DNA from: a virus
Lineage: Duplodnaviria; Caudoviricetes
IMG/VR virus record: IMGVR_UViG_3300010397_000015
Location: 1 to 52,654 of that record
Reading direction: 5' to 3' (one strand)
Length of the DNA: 52,654 nucleotides
Shown: one piece after another, positions 1-9,063 of the stretch
How the letters are laid out: every line of letters begins with the position of its first letter
Position numbering within the stretch: position 1 is the stretch's first letter
Notes under the pieces: model-generated
The model's input: the letters and a program-made list of their open reading frames with translations, nothing else
Told to the model about the DNA's origin: nothing
Database searches by the model: none
Program-made: the position numbers and the translations under genes

Positions 1-123
1 GAAGACGCGCACTTCGTCGAGCAGCATCCGGCAGTTCAGTTCCGCGTAGCCGAGGCCCGCAGCGGCTCGCGGCGAACGAGGCGACCATCGTCCGCCGATG
101 CAGATGACCGACCGCGCGAGATC
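1..123. repeat. Terminal direct repeat, left copy (probably circular-assembly overlap)
   Basis: 1-123 is identical to 52532-52654 and lies inside a coding frame that continues across the join. Confidence 0.95.
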
Positions 124-2517
124 CCGCTTCCTGATCGTGATGTGCTGCGCGACGTAGTACGCCGGATTCACGTCATAGGTCTCGCCACCGGCCGAGAAGT
201 AAGCGAACTCCGCGTCTCCAGGATCCCCATCCGTTGGATTGATGTCCGCCTTCGGCCGCATGGCGAGATACACGTCGTACTGATCGTCCGTCCCCGTCGG
301 CTGGATCCCGATCTGAATCGTGACGGGCTTCCCAACCCAGGGCGCGTCGGTCGCGTAGCGGGTCACGTCGACCGCGCCCGAGACGTACCATGGCAGGATG
401 TCCGAGTGGACGACCGGATCCTGGTTCTCCTGGTCCGTGCGCGTCTCGACCTCGACCGACCACGGCAGAGGATTCAGGAACGGGGCCTGGTTCTCGTCGT
501 TCCGCAGCGAGCGGTAGGACAGCGCGATGATCGACCGCGGCTTGGACTTGGTGCCCGAGTCGTCCGGATCAGGCACGTCCCAGGTAATCACGTCCGGGAC
601 GAACCGCGGCCGGGATGCGTTGGTCACACCGCCGTCGGGCGGAGGCTCTCCGGTTCCAGGGATGCCGTACAGGGCCTCGGGGAAGACGCAAGTGATCTCG
701 ACCGCGAAGCCCTGAGTCGGCGAGCCCTGAGCCAGAGCGAGCACGCGCTCCGCGATCGGGTTCTCGGAGAAGTCGACCTTGAACGCCTCGCCCTCGCCCG
801 AGAGGAATAGCAGATCCTTCCCGCGCGTCCCGCCGTCGGAGACGCCGATCCCGAACGGGGCCAGGTAGCCGGCCCTGCGCCCACCGATGACGCCCTCGCG
901 CAGCACGGCGCCGCCCGCGTCGTCCGCGGCCCAGCGCGCGAGCAGCGTCTCGATGTCGGGCTCCGTGAGGTCGTCGAGCATGACCGAGGAGCGCAGGGAG
1001 AGCTTGCGCCGAGCGGCCAAGGCCGGGTCCACGTCATCGTAGGCGCGCGGCGCAGACCAGATCCGCAGCTCGCACGTCTCGATCTCGCGTTGGTGCCATC
1101 GGAACGCCTGGACGAGAGCGGGGATCGCTGCGAACGCGCCGATCGTCGCTCCGTCCGTGATCGTTACCGGGTAGCGTCCACCCGAAGGCGTGTCGTCGTA
1201 GCTCTCGATGTTGAGGACCATCCCCTTCGCATCGGGAGTCCCAGCCGTGAAGTCCGCCGTCGTCACGAGCCGGTAGTTGCGCAGCGCAGCCGGATTGAAG
1301 TATCCGCCAGCACCAGCAGCGTCGAGGCCAGCCCATTCGAGGTACGCGGAACCGCCCCAGAACCCCATCGGAGCCGTGCCGCCATTCGTGTTCGACGCCG
1401 CGAACCCGAGGTGGTTGATCGTGACGAACGTGTCGGCGAGGTTCGCCTTCGCGATCGTGAGCGTGTGAACCGCAGCGCCGTAGATGTCCGTGATCGTGTT
1501 CGCCGAGCGATCGATCATCCGGTAGCCGCCGTTCTCGGTCGGAGCGGCATCCGCACCCCACGGGATGAACGACGCCTTCTTCCAGACGTGCGGCCTGAAC
1601 CCAAGCCCCCAGAACATCGCGTCGCGAGCGGAGTAGCGCACTCCGTACTTCACGAAGTAGTCGAGCGAGTCGATCGGACCCTTGTAGACCTCGAGCCCGT
1701 CCGCTGTCGGGAATCCCTTGGACGCACCGTAGATGAACCTCTCCGGCTCGTCCCCATCCTCGGAGACCCACACCTTGAAGAAGCCGTCGTCGTTCCAGGA
1801 GGTGTTCGTTCCGGACGCACCCGGCAGACCCGAGTCGATCTGAAGCTGGACCGCGACGTTGTACCGCTTGCCCGGCTCGACGAACTTGTGGATCAGGATC
1901 GCTCGGAGCGCCTGCGTGCTGAACTGCGCGTCCATACCCGTGACGGGATCCTGGCCGGCGGTCAGGTTGTACATCATTGACAGGGGCACGTTCTGACCCC
2001 ATCCAGGCGCGTCGAACCAGATCCAGACGAGCCCGTAGTTCGAGACGCGATCGGTCGGAGCGTTCGTCTCGCCGCCCTCTCCGATGTTCACCACCGCGAG
2101 CGCCCACGACATCGGAGCGGTTCGGTCTCCGCCCTTCTGGATGATGCAGAAGCACTCGTCGAGCGCCTCGTCGTAGCCGTGCGGCGGATTGAAGGTCGAG
2201 TCCGGAGTCGCCGGAGCCCCAGATCCGAGCGTCGGCGCGGAGTAGAGCTTCTCCTCGGGAGGGATCCGGAAGCTGACGTTCAGCTCGAAGCTGCGTCCGC
2301 GCCTGCGGTGAAACTCGCCAGTGGGCGGAGGAGGGGGAGGTGGCGGTGGCGGCGCGTAGGTGTACGCGACCTCGAGATAGTTCTGGGTGTCGCGGGCGTT
2401 GCTCGCGACGACACGCTCCGTGGCCTCTACGTAGGCTTGCGTCTCACGAGCGTTGCTCGCCGTGACGTTCTCGCTGACCTCCAGCGAGTTCTGCGTGTCT
2501 CGGATGTTGTTCGCCAT
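1..2517 (-). CDS. 5' part of a giant virion/tail nozzle-like protein (continues at 52531..47249; ~2599 aa in total)
   Basis: ATG at 2517 (MANNIRDTQNSLEV...YTYA-P10-TGEFHRRRGRSFELNVSF...). Absent from the ORF track, consistent with no stop before the window edge. Codons 27..1 read MLLDEVRVF, the start of ORF 47249..52558. Confidence 0.85.
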   Translation of the reverse strand, partial: MANNIRDTQNSLEVSENVTASNARETQAYVEATERVVASNARDTQNYLEVAYTYAPPPPPPPPPPTGEFHRRRGRSFELNVSFRIPPEEKLYSAPTLGSGAPATPDSTFNPPHGYDEALDECFCIIQKGGDRTAPMSWALAVVNIGEGGETNAPTDRVSNYGLVWIWFDAPGWGQNVPLSMMYNLTAGQDPVTGMDAQFSTQALRAILIHKFVEPGKRYNVAVQLQIDSGLPGASGTNTSWNDDGFFKVWVSEDGDEPERFIYGASKGFPTADGLEVYKGPIDSLDYFVKYGVRYSARDAMFWGLGFRPHVWKKASFIPWGADAAPTENGGYRMIDRSANTITDIYGAAVHTLTIAKANLADTFVTINHLGFAASNTNGGTAPMGFWGGSAYLEWAGLDAAGAGGYFNPAALRNYRLVTTADFTAGTPDAKGMVLNIESYDDTPSGGRYPVTITDGATIGAFAAIPALVQAFRWHQREIETCELRIWSAPRAYDDVDPALAARRKLSLRSSVMLDDLTEPDIETLLARWAADDAGGAVLREGVIGGRRAGYLAPFGIGVSDGGTRGKDLLFLSGEGEAFKVDFSENPIAERVLALAQGSPTQGFAVEITCVFPEALYGIPGTGEPPPDGGVTNASRPRFVPDVITWDVPDPDDSGTKSKPRSIIALSYRSLRNDENQAPFLNPLPWSVEVETRTDQENQDPVVHSDILPWYVSGAVDVTRYATDAPWVGKPVTIQIGIQPTGTDDQYDVYLAMRPKADINPTDGDPGDAEFAYFSAGGETYDVNPAYYVAQHITIRKRDLARSVICIGGRWSPRSPRAAAGLGYAELNCRMLLDEVRVF

Positions 2518-2520
2518 CCC

Positions 2521-3606
2521 CTAGGCATTTCGCTGCGAGCCGAACTCCCATCCCGTCGCGATGTCCGCGGGGATCCACGAGCCGCTTCCGTCTGGGCGCA
2601 CCGCCCACGCCTTGCGAATGTCGGTGAAGGTGTCCGCGAGCGCCTGTGCCGTCCCGAGGTAGTCGGTCCCGTAGGCGCCGCCCTTGACCGTCCCGGGCTG
2701 AAGCGTGTTAGAGAACCCCGCCGTGACCCGCCGCGCCATGATGTTGAGCTGCACGCTCTTGATCGAACTGATCACGGACCCGGGCGGCCCCTGGAGAGTC
2801 CCGAAGCTCGTGTAGTGCTTGTTCCCGATGGCGGTCAGATCCACTCCGTCCGTCTCATCGTTCTGGAGCATGTGCTCGTCGATCCCGTCGAATCCGTTCG
2901 TGGCTCCGCCGTAGGGAGTGCCCTGGTTGTGGCCGGCGTCGCCGGAGATCGCGTCGGGGTAGACCGTCTCGATGACCAGATCGCCAAGGAAGTCCGTCGC
3001 GTTGTTGTAGCCGCTCGGAGCAGTCCGGTAGTAGAAGTCGTCGAAGCGCGATCCAGTCCCCGTGCTGACGAGTTCCACGGTGTCGAACTGATTCGAGGCG
3101 TTCGAGGTGGCCTTGCCCGTGAGGCCGAAGAGTCCGGTGATGTGCGCGCCGTTCACCACGACATCGGCAGAGCCGTTCGTGAGGTGGGCCAGCTCTCCGA
3201 ACTCGATGTAGTACCCCGTGGCCGGCACGAGCGATTGAAGCGGGTCGGTCGCGCTCGCGATGATCCCGAGCGTCTGCCCGTTGATGAGCTGGAGGACGCC
3301 GCCAGTCGTGTACTGGAGCGCCGTGCCGCGTCCACCGCTGAGGCTGTTGTAGAACGCGCAGATCACCGTCGTGCTCGCCGGGAGGACGTTGGGAGTCCGG
3401 AACCAGAACTGCATGATCCCGCCGTTCGTGGCCGTGACCGTGCGCCGCATCGAAGCGAACTCGCCGACCATTTGCGAGTCGGTGATGCCCGCTCGACCAG
3501 GCGTGGCCACGATGCTCGGACCTCCGACGTTCCACTTGCGCGCGACCTGAGCCGCGCTGTTGGCATCGAAGCCGTCCTTGAAGTCGGGTTCTGCGACGAT
3601 GGCCAT
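2521..3606 (-). CDS. Virion structural protein, beta-rich (LamG/ConA-like fold possible)
   Basis: 361-aa Thr/Gly-rich ORF in the structural block with a FDDFYY...DFLGDLVIETVYP motif. Confidence 0.6.
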   Translation of the reverse strand: MAIVAEPDFKDGFDANSAAQVARKWNVGGPSIVATPGRAGITDSQMVGEFASMRRTVTATNGGIMQFWFRTPNVLPASTTVICAFYNSLSGGRGTALQYTTGGVLQLINGQTLGIIASATDPLQSLVPATGYYIEFGELAHLTNGSADVVVNGAHITGLFGLTGKATSNASNQFDTVELVSTGTGSRFDDFYYRTAPSGYNNATDFLGDLVIETVYPDAISGDAGHNQGTPYGGATNGFDGIDEHMLQNDETDGVDLTAIGNKHYTSFGTLQGPPGSVISSIKSVQLNIMARRVTAGFSNTLQPGTVKGGAYGTDYLGTAQALADTFTDIRKAWAVRPDGSGSWIPADIATGWEFGSQRNA

Positions 3607-3609
3607 CTG

Positions 3610-3936
3610 CTAGTCCTCCGCGAAGTCTCCGCCGATGTCGTACTCGGGCTGGTAGCCGATGTACCCGTAGCCCCGAAGCTGAACCGCCTTCGCATCCTCG
3701 ATGTAGAGCGGCGAGAAGCTCTGGTCGACCTTCGTCCGGAACCCAGACCTCGGCGCGATCTGGTTGCCGAACTTGAGCGCACCCTGCGAGCTCCGCACCG
3801 TCTCGCGGTTGAAGTCCACGTTCAGCGGCGCCGGTGTCTCGCTGGGCGAGAGCAGCGTCGGGTTGTCCGTGTCGTTCATTCCCCCCGCGAGGGAGGTCAG
3901 TCGAACGGGGCGGTACGTGCGGTTCGGGTTGCTCAT
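3610..3936 (-). CDS. N-terminal segment of a tail tubular B / P22 gp10-like protein (108 aa)
   Basis: ATG overlaps the upstream TGA (ATGA). SLAGGMNDTDNPTLLSPSETPAPLNVDF...VRSSQG resembles nozzle-protein N-termini; ends in TAG. Confidence 0.55.
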   Translation of the reverse strand: MSNPNRTYRPVRLTSLAGGMNDTDNPTLLSPSETPAPLNVDFNRETVRSSQGALKFGNQIAPRSGFRTKVDQSFSPLYIEDAKAVQLRGYGYIGYQPEYDIGGDFAED

Positions 3937-4550
3937 CTCGGGCCGTACCCGCCAGAGTCGTAGACCACCTGGATTCCGCCGGTCGTCGTGCTCATCTTGA
4001 AGCCGATCGGGTGCGGGAAGTAGATCCCGTCGCCGAAGTCGGCGAGCATCCCAGGGAGACTCGTGGTCTGGAGCGTGAGGCGGAAGTTCGACAGCGCCGT
4101 TCCGGCCGCATCGGTGATGTCCACGGTCTGGCCGGCGGACGCGATGCTGAGCAGGTTGATCCGCTTGAGCAGGACCGGACCGAATCCGGCGAGGTGGCAC
4201 GGGCTGTGGACGGTGCAGGCGACCGCAGTCGTCGGAGTCCAGAGCGCACCGCTTCCGAGCACCCCGGGCTTTCTCCAGCGGTCGACCGTGAGGACGCTGT
4301 TGTTCGCCGCGGGCGCGTAGCTCACCACGATGCCCCACATCGGATTCGCCCCGGCCGTCCCGGGCGTGAAGGCGTAGTCCCCGGGCAGTACGCCCGTGAG
4401 CGTCCAGGACGCCGCCGTGTCCGTGACGGTGTTCGGCGTGTAGGTCGTCGTTCCCGCGGCAGAGGCAGAGCCTCGGATCGCCGAGACCGCCCCCTTGCCG
4501 TCGGCCGGGAAACACTGAGTCGAGACCGTCACGTTTGCGTATTCGTTCAT
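3933..4550 (-). CDS. Virion protein, unknown function
   Basis: 205-aa ORF coupled to its neighbours in the structural operon. Confidence 0.65.
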   Translation of the reverse strand: MNEYANVTVSTQCFPADGKGAVSAIRGSASAAGTTTYTPNTVTDTAASWTLTGVLPGDYAFTPGTAGANPMWGIVVSYAPAANNSVLTVDRWRKPGVLGSGALWTPTTAVACTVHSPCHLAGFGPVLLKRINLLSIASAGQTVDITDAAGTALSNFRLTLQTTSLPGMLADFGDGIYFPHPIGFKMSTTTGGIQVVYDSGGYGPR

Positions 4551-4554
4551 CTGT

Positions 4555-5577
4555 TCACCATCCGAAAGCGCCGCGTGAGAAGCGGTCTGGACTGTACACG
4601 GCCCCGAGCGTCCGCCCGCCCGAGGTCTTGAAGTAGGGACCCGAGCTGTCCCGCGGAGCCTGTGCGTAGGTTGCGAAGGACTGCATCTCCGTCTGCATCT
4701 CGGGGTAGATCGCCTTCTGCAAGTCGACGTTGAACTTCTTGATCGCGCAGGCGTTCGCGACGCGCAGGATCAGAAGCCGCGTGTGGATCTCCGGAACCGG
4801 GATCCTCGTCTGAACCGTGTCGCCGGCGGCGAACGCGCTCGAGACCGCCGACTCCAGAGTCAGCTCGTGCAGCCGCACTCCAGCCTGGACGGTCGACGGA
4901 ACTGAGTAGACCACGCGGCGAACGTTCCCGATCTTCGTGTCCGTCGCTACCGAGGTTCCCGTGACCTCGATCTCCGCGTTGACGTACCGACCCTCCTCCA
5001 TGAAGGACAGATCGCCGAGATCCTGATTCGCGACGAGCGTCGTCGGCAGGAAGAACTTCGTCGTGCTCGGAGCGGTGTGGGCAACCGTGAGCGCGACCTT
5101 GAAGACCGGCGGGGGCAGCGCGGCCACTTCCAGCAGGTAGTCGTTCGGCGTCGCGTTGACGTTCCACATGCGGAAGGTGTGATTGCCTTCCCAGCTCCAG
5201 CCGGTGCGACGCGTCGTGTCCGTCTTCGGAACCTCCTCGCGGAGCTGATTCGCCGTCGAGGTCCACATGTAGGGCGAGAACGTGCCCTCGAGCGCCGCGT
5301 CCGTGGGCTGGCGCACGTAGACCTTGACGACCTTCTCGATCCAGGTCGGGAGGCGCCACTCGTAGGTGCCGTTGAACAGAAGTCGAGCGTCCGCCGTCTT
5401 CAGCGCGACGCCCATGTTCGACCACTCCTGGTTCGAGAAGATCATCGTCCGGTACATGCCCCGGATCTGCTCGTCGACCGAGCGAATGATCTCCTGGTCC
5501 GAGTAGGTCCGAGACGCGACCGGAGCCGGGTCGTCCACCTGGTCGCGGATGCGCTGGAGGATCTGCTCGGTGTTCAC
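4555..5577 (-). CDS. Head-tail adaptor / tail tubular A-like protein
   Basis: 340 aa; N-terminus MNTEQILQRIRDQVDD...YSDQEIIRSVD and C-terminal IPVPEIHTRLLILRV; lies between capsid and nozzle genes. Confidence 0.6.
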   Translation of the reverse strand: MNTEQILQRIRDQVDDPAPVASRTYSDQEIIRSVDEQIRGMYRTMIFSNQEWSNMGVALKTADARLLFNGTYEWRLPTWIEKVVKVYVRQPTDAALEGTFSPYMWTSTANQLREEVPKTDTTRRTGWSWEGNHTFRMWNVNATPNDYLLEVAALPPPVFKVALTVAHTAPSTTKFFLPTTLVANQDLGDLSFMEEGRYVNAEIEVTGTSVATDTKIGNVRRVVYSVPSTVQAGVRLHELTLESAVSSAFAAGDTVQTRIPVPEIHTRLLILRVANACAIKKFNVDLQKAIYPEMQTEMQSFATYAQAPRDSSGPYFKTSGGRTLGAVYSPDRFSRGAFGW

Positions 5578-6161
5578 GGACTGCTACCGCTCCACTTCTT
5601 CGCGTGATCACGCAGGAACCGCTGGTGGTTCGTGTTCTCCAGGTCGGACTGCTTCACGCGGCGCCGACGGATGTAGCCGGGGCCGAAGGTCTGCCGGATC
5701 CCGTTGTGGCGGGCCGAGAGGTCTTCGTGCAACTCGTTGCAGGCTTCGGCGAACTCTCCGTGCCGCTCCTTCTCGCGTCGCTCCGCTGCGTCCTCGGCGA
5801 TCTTGGCAGCCTCGGCGGTCGGAACGCTCGCCCTCCCGAGTCGCTGGAGGATCGGCTCGACCGGGAGCGGGTCGCGGTACTCGCCGTTCTCGCCCTCCCA
5901 GTAGAAGCATGTGAGCCAATTTCCTTGGTTCGGAGCCCACTCGACGACTCTCCAGCGTCCGGGGCGCTCGGCTGGACAGTCGCGCACGTAATCCCACGCC
6001 TTGCGGCTTGGACTCCACCAGAGCGACAGCCGAGAGTCGAAGCGCTCCAACCGGCGACGGCATTCGTCAACGGCTGAAGCTGGAGACCAGATCGGGTCGG
6101 GAGGTCTGAAATTGAACGAGCGCCACTGAGCTGTTCCCTCTTTCAGTCCGTGGATCCTCAT
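5574..6161 (-). CDS. Hypothetical protein of the head-tail region
   Basis: Trp-rich ORF; likely start at ATG 6161; TGA overlaps the next GTG. Confidence 0.6.
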   Translation of the reverse strand: MRIHGLKEGTAQWRSFNFRPPDPIWSPASAVDECRRRLERFDSRLSLWWSPSRKAWDYVRDCPAERPGRWRVVEWAPNQGNWLTCFYWEGENGEYRDPLPVEPILQRLGRASVPTAEAAKIAEDAAERREKERHGEFAEACNELHEDLSARHNGIRQTFGPGYIRRRRVKQSDLENTNHQRFLRDHAKKWSGSSP

Positions 6162-6241
6162 GCGATACTTCCGGAAAGCAAGGTGCCCCCGCGACGATTG
6201 GGTCGTCCGGGAGCGTGGCACCGGAACAAGGAGCGTTCGCG

Positions 6242-6877
6242 ATGCAGACGCAGATTACCACGCCTCCCTCGAAGGAGTGCGTCCATTGTGGCTCGACCTT
6301 CTTTCGCAGGGCTACGTGTCGAGATGGGGATTGGACCAGACAACGTTTCTGCGGAAACGCCTGTGGGGCGCGCGGTCGACGCAATCATCCCAGGACGACG
6401 CTCGCAGAACGTTTTTGGAAACGTGTCCGGAAGTCCGAAGCTCAGAATGGGTGCTGGATCTGGATCGGGAGGCTGAGCGACAGCGGCTACGGAATGATCG
6501 ACAGGGGGCCAGCAGACGCCAACCAGACCGGCGCTCACCGCGCGTCCTGGGAAATCCACCGCGGCCAGATTCCAAACGGGATGTGGGTTCTTCACAATTG
6601 CCCCGGAGGGGACAACCGCGCCTGCGTTCGACCAGACCACCTCTGGCTGGGTACCGTTGCGGATAACAACGCGGATGCCGTCAGGAAGGGCGCCAACCGT
6701 GGAGCTATCGGAACGGCCAACGCGAGCGCGAAGCTCGACGAAATGAAGGTTCGCGAGATCCGCGCTGCGTATGCCGCCGGCGACGTGGCGCAGTTGACCC
6801 TTGGGAGACGCTACGGCGTCAGCCAAGAAGTCATCAGCCGCATCGTGCGTTTCCAAGCCTGGACCCACGTCCCTTAA
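6242..6877 (+). CDS. HNH homing endonuclease (Zn-ribbon + HNH + C-terminal HTH), antisense to the late operon
   Basis: AAGGAG RBS; CxxC..RFCGNAC, RFWKRV, CWIWIG, GYG, AHRASW, VLHNCPGGDNRACVRPDHLWLGTVADN, HTH LGRRYGVSQEVISRIV. Confidence 0.9.
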   Translation: MQTQITTPPSKECVHCGSTFFRRATCRDGDWTRQRFCGNACGARGRRNHPRTTLAERFWKRVRKSEAQNGCWIWIGRLSDSGYGMIDRGPADANQTGAHRASWEIHRGQIPNGMWVLHNCPGGDNRACVRPDHLWLGTVADNNADAVRKGANRGAIGTANASAKLDEMKVREIRAAYAAGDVAQLTLGRRYGVSQEVISRIVRFQAWTHVP

Positions 6878-7494
6878 ACGCCTCCTGCGGACGGGTCGAT
6901 CATCGCCGTGATGTGCCCGTGGCCCGTCGTCGGGGTCACGATGTTCACCGACGCCGCGAGGATGTTGTACCGGGCCACGCCCGAAACGATGTCCGACGCG
7001 GTGAAGGTCGGCTGGGTGCCGATCTGGTTGGTGTCCGAGACGGAGAGGACCGCGCCCGCCGCGATCTTCGCCAGCATCGGCACGCGAGGGGCCACGAGGC
7101 TGTACCCGAGGCTCACCGTGTCGCCCGCCGCGGGAGTGCCCGTCATCAGGACGATCTTGCACCCGGTGATCCGCTTGTAGCAGAGCGTCGTCTGTTGCGT
7201 TCCGGTCGCCACGTAGACGAGCGTCTCGCTCACGGCCTCGTTGAACTGGTTCAGGCCCGAGATCAGCAGCGACAGGGCCGTGATCGGCGTGCCGCCCATC
7301 GTCACGGTCACGAAGAGCGACTGGCACGTCTTCATGTAGAACGCGGCGAAGCCGGTCGGGGAATCCCCCACGACCTTGCCGTTCAGCGTGCCCGCGTTCA
7401 GGTGTTCGGTTGCATCGGTCGGCTGGCACTTCAGGTCCCACCAGGAACCGCTCAGAGTCCGCAGCGCACCATCGACGTTTCGAGATCGAATCAT
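6874..7494 (-). CDS. Probable capsid decoration / minor structural protein
   Basis: 206-aa Thr/Ala/Val-rich ORF directly after the major capsid gene. Confidence 0.55.
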   Translation of the reverse strand: MIRSRNVDGALRTLSGSWWDLKCQPTDATEHLNAGTLNGKVVGDSPTGFAAFYMKTCQSLFVTVTMGGTPITALSLLISGLNQFNEAVSETLVYVATGTQQTTLCYKRITGCKIVLMTGTPAAGDTVSLGYSLVAPRVPMLAKIAAGAVLSVSDTNQIGTQPTFTASDIVSGVARYNILAASVNIVTPTTGHGHITAMIDPSAGGV

Positions 7495-7549
7495 TGGATA
7501 GTTCCCCCCGCGTCAGCACGCGGATACTGGGTTGAGTTGAGAGGAGTGA

Positions 7550-7575
7550 GGGGGCGAGCAACACGCCCGCCCCCT
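7550..7575 (-). terminator. Stem-loop after the major capsid gene (terminator or mRNA stabiliser)
   Basis: ggggcgagc-aacac-gcccgcccc hairpin; no U-tract. Confidence 0.35.
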
Positions 7576-7584
7576 GTCGAACGA

Positions 7585-9039
7585 TCAGGCCGAGAGGTCC
7601 ACGAGGTTGAACCCGACGCGCTGGCGAACGCCACGCACGACGAATTGCTGGCTCGAGACGTGGCCCATCCAGTACGAGTCCTTGTCCTGGAGACGCTCCC
7701 AGGCTCCGACGCCCAGGTAGTTCAGCGGCTTCAGCGGCTCGGTCTCGTACACGGCCAGTTCACCGAGGTTGATCCCCTTCACGCGGTTCGCGTAGGCGAA
7801 GCGATCCTTCACCCAGCCGACGCCGTTGAACGAGAGCAGCTTGTGACCACCGCGCAGCTCCAGCGTGTCGTTGAACCGCTTATCGCCGGTCAAGAGCTTC
7901 ACGTAGGAGTTGTAGGTGGCGTACCCCGAGTAGAGCAGGTCGATCTGCGCGTTGTTGCGCTCCTCGGCATCCGAGAACGCTTGCTGGAGGAGTTCCTCCG
8001 AGAGCGCCCTCGCACCGGAACCGCCGTTGTCGAGCACGACCGCCTGGTTCCACTTGTAGCTGGCCGTCGCCGGGTTCCCCTGGAATCCCGCGGAGGCCAA
8101 GCTCGTCGTGGTCTGGTCGTAGGTGCCCGTGTGCTGGTTCCACGCCGTCGCCGTGCCGAGGCCAGCCGTTCCCAGACCGTCGAGGACACCCGAGTCCCCG
8201 AAGATTCCCTCGATGCCCATGATCTCGGATCGCCGACCCGAGGACCGCGCATCCGTGTTCGCATCGGCGCTCACCCGAACGATCCAGTCGGCCGCTGTGA
8301 GACCCGTGATGGACGCCACCGTGACGGCAGCGCCACCGGGAGTCAGAGCGATCTGGATGTCCGTCGAGTTCACGACCGACACGATGTAGAACCCGTTCGT
8401 GCCGCCCGAGTGCGCACGGAGAGCGTCCGTGCCGGGGATGGCGAAGCCGATCCGGTCTCCGACTTCCAGGTAGATCGTCGGTGCGGTGAGACAGGTCGCC
8501 GCCCCTTCGATCGACTGGTTGATCCGGAGGGTGAAGGTCGAGGCCGAGCCGCTCGCGTACTCCGCGAGGCGACCCGAACCGTCGTTCTGCACCATCCGGT
8601 TGTAGTCGACGGCGATGTCGTCCATCTGCCCTTCGACTTCCATCGGCTCGATCGGCATGAACGCCCCGCCGTTGGTCTTGCCACGGCGCAGGAGTTCGCC
8701 CGCGATCTTGATCCGGCCCATGTAGGTCCGGGTCTCGGTGAAGCACGACGCGAGGCCCTGAGAACCCGGGTCGGGCAGTTGCCCGTCGGGTCGGATGGCG
8801 CCGCGTCCGGTGTTTCGCGTGGTCCGCGTGGGCCACACGATGAAGCGCCCGCTGGTCGTCTCCTTCGCGACCTTCTCGACCATGTTCCAGAGAACGGTCG
8901 AGTTGTTGCGAGCGTCGGCGATGAACGGGAGGTAGAAGTTCGTGAGTCCGTGGTTCGCGTAGGTCGCCGCGGTGCCGAAGCCCGACGTGAAGCCGTCGAA
9001 ACCTGCACCGGGTGAGTCTGCGCTGTCGATTCCAGCCAT
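7585..9039 (-). CDS. Major capsid protein
   Basis: 484 aa following the scaffold; GRIKIAGELLRR, YNRMVQNDGSG, IMGIEGI and GGHKLLSFNGV motifs fit P22-like/HK97-fold capsids. Confidence 0.8.
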   Translation of the reverse strand: MAGIDSADSPGAGFDGFTSGFGTAATYANHGLTNFYLPFIADARNNSTVLWNMVEKVAKETTSGRFIVWPTRTTRNTGRGAIRPDGQLPDPGSQGLASCFTETRTYMGRIKIAGELLRRGKTNGGAFMPIEPMEVEGQMDDIAVDYNRMVQNDGSGRLAEYASGSASTFTLRINQSIEGAATCLTAPTIYLEVGDRIGFAIPGTDALRAHSGGTNGFYIVSVVNSTDIQIALTPGGAAVTVASITGLTAADWIVRVSADANTDARSSGRRSEIMGIEGIFGDSGVLDGLGTAGLGTATAWNQHTGTYDQTTTSLASAGFQGNPATASYKWNQAVVLDNGGSGARALSEELLQQAFSDAEERNNAQIDLLYSGYATYNSYVKLLTGDKRFNDTLELRGGHKLLSFNGVGWVKDRFAYANRVKGINLGELAVYETEPLKPLNYLGVGAWERLQDKDSYWMGHVSSQQFVVRGVRQRVGFNLVDLSA

Positions 9040-9063
9040 GTGAGTAGCTCTGTTGTCGTGAGG

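Noticed and set aside
1-123. Biological terminal repeat
   Set aside because: It falls mid-gene and has the size of an assembler overlap, so it is better read as a circularity signal
6158-7564. 468-aa minus-strand ORF as a real gene
   Set aside because: It is an off-frame overlap of 6874..7494 plus the HNH shadow, with no RBS or motif
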